Positions 60,010-64,000 of a stretch of DNA of 64,000 nt are shown here, piece after piece (position 1 is the stretch's first letter; every line of letters begins with the position of its first letter). The translations under genes were made by a program, and so were the position numbers. This stretch comes from Eledone cirrhosa (lineage: Eukaryota), in NCBI GenBank assembly GCA_964016885.1, contig OZ024740.1, positions 429,226,001 to 429,290,000 of the forward strand, read 5' to 3'. The notes beneath the pieces are model-generated. The model was not told the DNA's origin. It searched no databases and saw only the letters and a list, made by a program, of their open reading frames with translations.

Positions 60010-60207
60010 ATAGGTTCTGATTCAGGCACAAGGCCAACAATTTGGTGGGAGGAGTAAGTTGATTAAATCGGCCCCAGCACGTTACTGGTACTTTATTTTA
60101 TCGACCCAGTAAAGATGAAAGGCGAAGCTAACCTTGGTGGGATTTGAACTCAAAAAGAAAATGGACCTTGCTACATACCACATGTTGTCCGACGCTCTAC
60201 CGATACT
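60010..60207 (-). mobile_element. Diverged family A-related SINE
   Basis: GGCACAAGGCCAACAATTT..ACTGGTACTTTATTTTATCGACCC..GGGATTTGAACTCA..CTCTACCGATACT. Confidence 0.75.
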
Positions 60208-60265
60208 TTGAAAGTCGTATTCAACTATACATTGTACCGTACTAAAATGTTGTTATGGTAATTCC

Positions 60266-60267
<2 letters not shown>

Positions 60268-60329
<62 letters not shown>

Positions 60330-60335
60330 GACCAT

Positions 60336-60367
<32 letters not shown>

Positions 60368-60471
60368 TTTACTACTACTACTACTACTATTACTGCTGCT
60401 ACTACTACTACTACTGCTGCTGCTGCTACTACTACTACTACTACTACTACCTCCACCTCCACCACGACCAT

Positions 60472-60522
<51 letters not shown>

Positions 60523-60578
60523 CACGACCATCACTACTACTACTACTACTACTACTACTGCTGCAGCTGCTGCTGCTT
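60268..60578. repeat. (CTA)n microsatellite
   Basis: Read directly. Confidence 0.97.
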
Positions 60579-60582
60579 ATAA

Positions 60583-60771
60583 TAATTGTTTCTACTTTAG
60601 GCACAAGGCCAGCAAATATCCAGTGTATTACTGGTACTTTATTTTATCGACCCCGTAAGGATGAAAGGCAAAGTCAACCTCGGCGGGATTTGAACTCAGA
60701 TCGTAAAGGGACGTAACTATGCTGGAAAGCATGGCATCTGACCCTCTACCGATACTGCCAATTCACCGCCC
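60583..60771 (-). mobile_element. Full-length SINE family A
   Basis: Ends in CTGCCAATTCACCGCCC, the reverse complement of the head at 57096. Confidence 0.9.
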
Positions 60772-60783
60772 TTTACACCTTAA

Positions 60784-61001
60784 CCCTTTAGCATTTAAAC
60801 CGCCCATATCCGGCCAGAATTCTCTCACCTCTTTCTGTTCAAACCGGCTATAACCGGCCACTCATACTAACGTTAAGGTATTATACTCCAAATAAATAAT
60901 ATCAAAATCTCATAGATTCGATATTATGTGAGATATTTATGAAAGTATAACCATGAAAGTATAATGATATATATATATAAAGTAAGGTAAATAATAAAGG
61001 G
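60784..61001. mobile_element. piggyBac-like MITE
   Basis: TTAA|CCCTTTA ... TAAAGGG|TTAA, with TTAA at 60780-60783 and 61002-61005. Confidence 0.65.
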
Positions 61002-61399
61002 TTAATTTTATGAGCAGGCTGTTCTGTTGGTTGAACAACTGGAATACTCAGCGTCGAAACCGACGGAAGTTCATTCCTCTTGCTCAGAAATGCATAGTCA
61101 GAGTATGCCCATTTAGCCTCAGCATGAAACAGTAGAGGAGGATGGTAATACAATCAGTAGCGACAGTGTGACAACTGGTTGGAGTAACCACTTTATAAAC
61201 AGAAGTAGATCATTTGACGGTACTTAGCCTCCACGTTAAAGTCTCTCTCGGCTACAAGGGCAGAGGAATTTTGAGGAGAGAGTTGCAAATTTCTTGTGAC
61301 GGGATTGCATGAGGGGGAAATATAATTTCAAGTGGGTATCAGTGGGTTTGGAAAGGAAAGATATAGGTGGGGACGTTGAGAGCAGTCTGTAGTTGTCTA

Positions 61400-61700
61400 A
61401 AAATTTGACTGAGAAGCTGATGATGGAAAATGGAATGAGTTAAGAGAGCTGAAATCAATAAAGGAAAACAGTAGATATAACAATAACAAAACTGATGAAA
61501 GTTCCCCAATAGGAGGAAACGACCCCTCGATGGTAATAAAGTTGTCAGAGTAATGATCGTATAGCTGTGGGATATGGTCAGTGAAATGGGAGATGATCCA
61601 AACGACAAGGTGACCAACAAACTGGTAATGGAGTCGATCTTGCTGTTCATGTCCACTGCTAGTAGAAGTCCACAGAAAAGGAGAAGATAGAAAGGAGATT
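61400..61700 (-). mobile_element. Possible highly degraded LINE APE fragment
   Basis: TTLLPSRGRFLLLGNFH resembles the LP.PFLLLGDFN motif; weak. Confidence 0.3.
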
Positions 61701-61919
61701 ATTAGTGTGGAGTGCCTTGCAAGGGACTAGGATGAATTTCAGTGCTAGAATTCAATGTTTTCCTGTTTTTTAACTCTAAAAATATAAAGGTATTCGATAC
61801 ACACTATGGGAGACAGATAGTAATAACATCAAAATAGTTTAGGTAAGTCCGGGAAAAGTTCGGGATCGAATAGCCTAGGTATAACCTAATGTAACACTTC
61901 TACCTGAAGAACAAATATT

Positions 61920-64000
61920 ATATGTAGCTTGGAAATACATAGTTGTTGTACATAGTATACAACTAAAAGTTTATAGAGAAACTTGCCCAAGATAATAACT
62001 ACAATTGCTCAAAGATCTGTTGGACATTACTGGAGAAGTAAGCAGGAAGTTATACACATGGTACTATTGCGGAAACCAACTGAAGGGAGACACAATAGAG
62101 GAAGTTATACACAAGGTACTATTGTGGGAACCAACTCAAGGGAGACACAGTAGAGGAAGTTATACACAAGGTACTATTGTGGGAACCAACTCAGGGGAGA
62201 TACAGTAGAGTAAGTTATACACAAAGTACTATTGTGGGAACCAACTCAGGGGAGATACAGTAGAATAAATTATACACAAGGTACTATTGTGGGAACCAAC
62301 TCACGGGAGACACAGTAGAGGGAGTTATACACAAGGTACTATTGTGGGAACCAACTCAAGGGAGACACAGTAGAGGAAGTTATACACAAGGTACTATTGT
62401 GGGAACCAACTCAAGGGAGACATAGTAAAGGGTGTTATACACAAGGTACTATTGTGGGAACCAACTTAAAGGGGGAGACACAGTAGAGGGAGTTATACAC
62501 AAGGTACTATTGTGGGAACCAACTCAAGGGAGACAGGTAGATGGAGTTATACACAAGGTTCTATTGTGGGAACCAACTCAAGGGAGACACATTAGGGGAA
62601 GTTATACACAAGGCACTATTGTGGGAACCAACACAAGGGAGACATAGTAGGGGAAGTTATACACAAGGTACTATTGTGGGAACCAACTGAAGGGGGAGAC
62701 ACAGTAGAGGGAGTTATACACAAGGTTCTATTGTGGGAACCAACTCAAGGGAGACACAGTAGGGCAAGTTATACACAAGGTACTATTGTGGGAACCAACT
62801 CAAGGGAGACACAGTAGGGGAAGTTATACACAAGGTACTATTGTGGGAACCAACTCAAGGGAGACACAGTAGGGGAAGTTATACACAAGGCACTATTGTG
62901 GGAACCAACTCAAGGGAGACACAGTAGGGGAAGTTATACACAAGGTACTATTGTGGGAACGAACTCAAGGGAGACACAGTAGGGGAAGTTATACAGAAGG
63001 TACTATTGTGGGAACCAACTCAAGGGAGACACAGTAGGGGAAGTTATACACAAGGTACTATTGTGGGAACCAACTCAAGGGAGACACAGTAGAGGAAGTT
63101 ATACACAAGGTACTATTGTGGGAACCAACTCAAGGGAGACACAGTAGGGTAAGTTATACACAAGGTACTATTGTGGGAACCAACTCAAGGGAGACACAGT
63201 AGGGGAAGTTATACACAAGGTACTATTGTGGGAACCAACTCAAGGGAGACACAGTAGAGGAAGTTATACACAAGGTACTATTGTGGGAACCAACTCAAGG
63301 GAGACACAGTAGGGTAAGTTATACACAAGGTACTATTGTGGGAACCAACTCAAGGGAGACACAGTAGGGGAAGTTATACACAAGGTACTATTGTGGGAAC
63401 CAACTCAAGGGAGACACAGTAGAGGAAGTTATACACAAGGTACTATTGTGGGAACCAACTCAAGGGAGACACAGTAGGGGAAGTTATACACAAGGTACTA
63501 TTGTGGGAACCAACTCAAGGGAGACACAGTAGAGTAAGTTATACACAAGGTACTATTGTGGGAACCAACTCAAGGGAGACACAGTAGAGGAAGATATACA
63601 CAAGGTACTATTGTGGGAACCAACTCAAGGGACAACACAGTAGGGGAAGTTATACACAAGTTACTATTGTGGGAACCAACTCAAGGGAGACACAGTAGGG
63701 GAAGTTATACACAAGGTACTATTGTGGGAACCAACTCAAGGGAGACACAGTAGGGGAAGTTATACACAAGGTACTATTGTGGGAACCAACTCAAGGGAGA
63801 CACGGTAGATGGAGTTATACACAAGCTACTATTGTGGGAACCAACTCAAGGGAGACACAGTAGGGGAAGTTATGCACAAGGCACTATTGTGGGAACCAAC
63901 TCAAGGGAGACACAGTAGGGGAAGACCTGCTCTAACCTTCATTAATCAACTCTCAGATGATACGAACCTCAGTAAGGGACAGTTACCTGGAGGAATGGTA
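61920..64000 (+). mobile_element. RTE-like LINE 3' fragment interrupted by a satellite derived from itself
   Basis: Left flank NLPKIITTIAQRSVGHYWRSKQEVIH, unit VIHKVLLWEPTQGRHSRG, right flank GRPALTFINQLSDDTNL. Confidence 0.8.
62044..63924. repeat. 55-bp minisatellite, about 34 copies
   Basis: Unit GGAAGTTATACACAAGGTACTATTGTGGGAACCAACTCAAGGGAGACACAGTAGG. Confidence 0.98.

Overview
This is repeat-dominated eukaryotic DNA. The SINE/LINE repertoire and very high (AT)n/(GT)n load suggest a mollusc, most likely an octopus; that is an inference, not a database result. No intact host gene, rRNA, tRNA or CRISPR array could be supported. About half the window is tandem DNA: a 66-bp satellite (~15.5 kb), a 21-bp minisatellite (~13.4 kb, ending at a 200-N gap), and 55-, 49- and 67-bp arrays. 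The rest holds a near full-length disrupted RTE-clade LINE with three C-terminal C2H2-type fingers, a 5'-truncated RLE-type (R4/Dong-like) LINE and other LINE fragments. It also holds internally deleted RTE derivatives, two non-autonomous Helitrons, a piggyBac-like MITE and more than 10 tRNA-derived SINEs. The most interesting signals are: (i) several type I hammerhead ribozyme motifs and fold-back elements centred on hammerhead parts, set in (TA)n tracts as for Penelope-like elements; (ii) a 55-bp satellite visibly born inside a LINE reading frame; (iii) an indel-free 21-bp array that gives a 2700-codon VGESVTY repeat ORF, probably non-coding.
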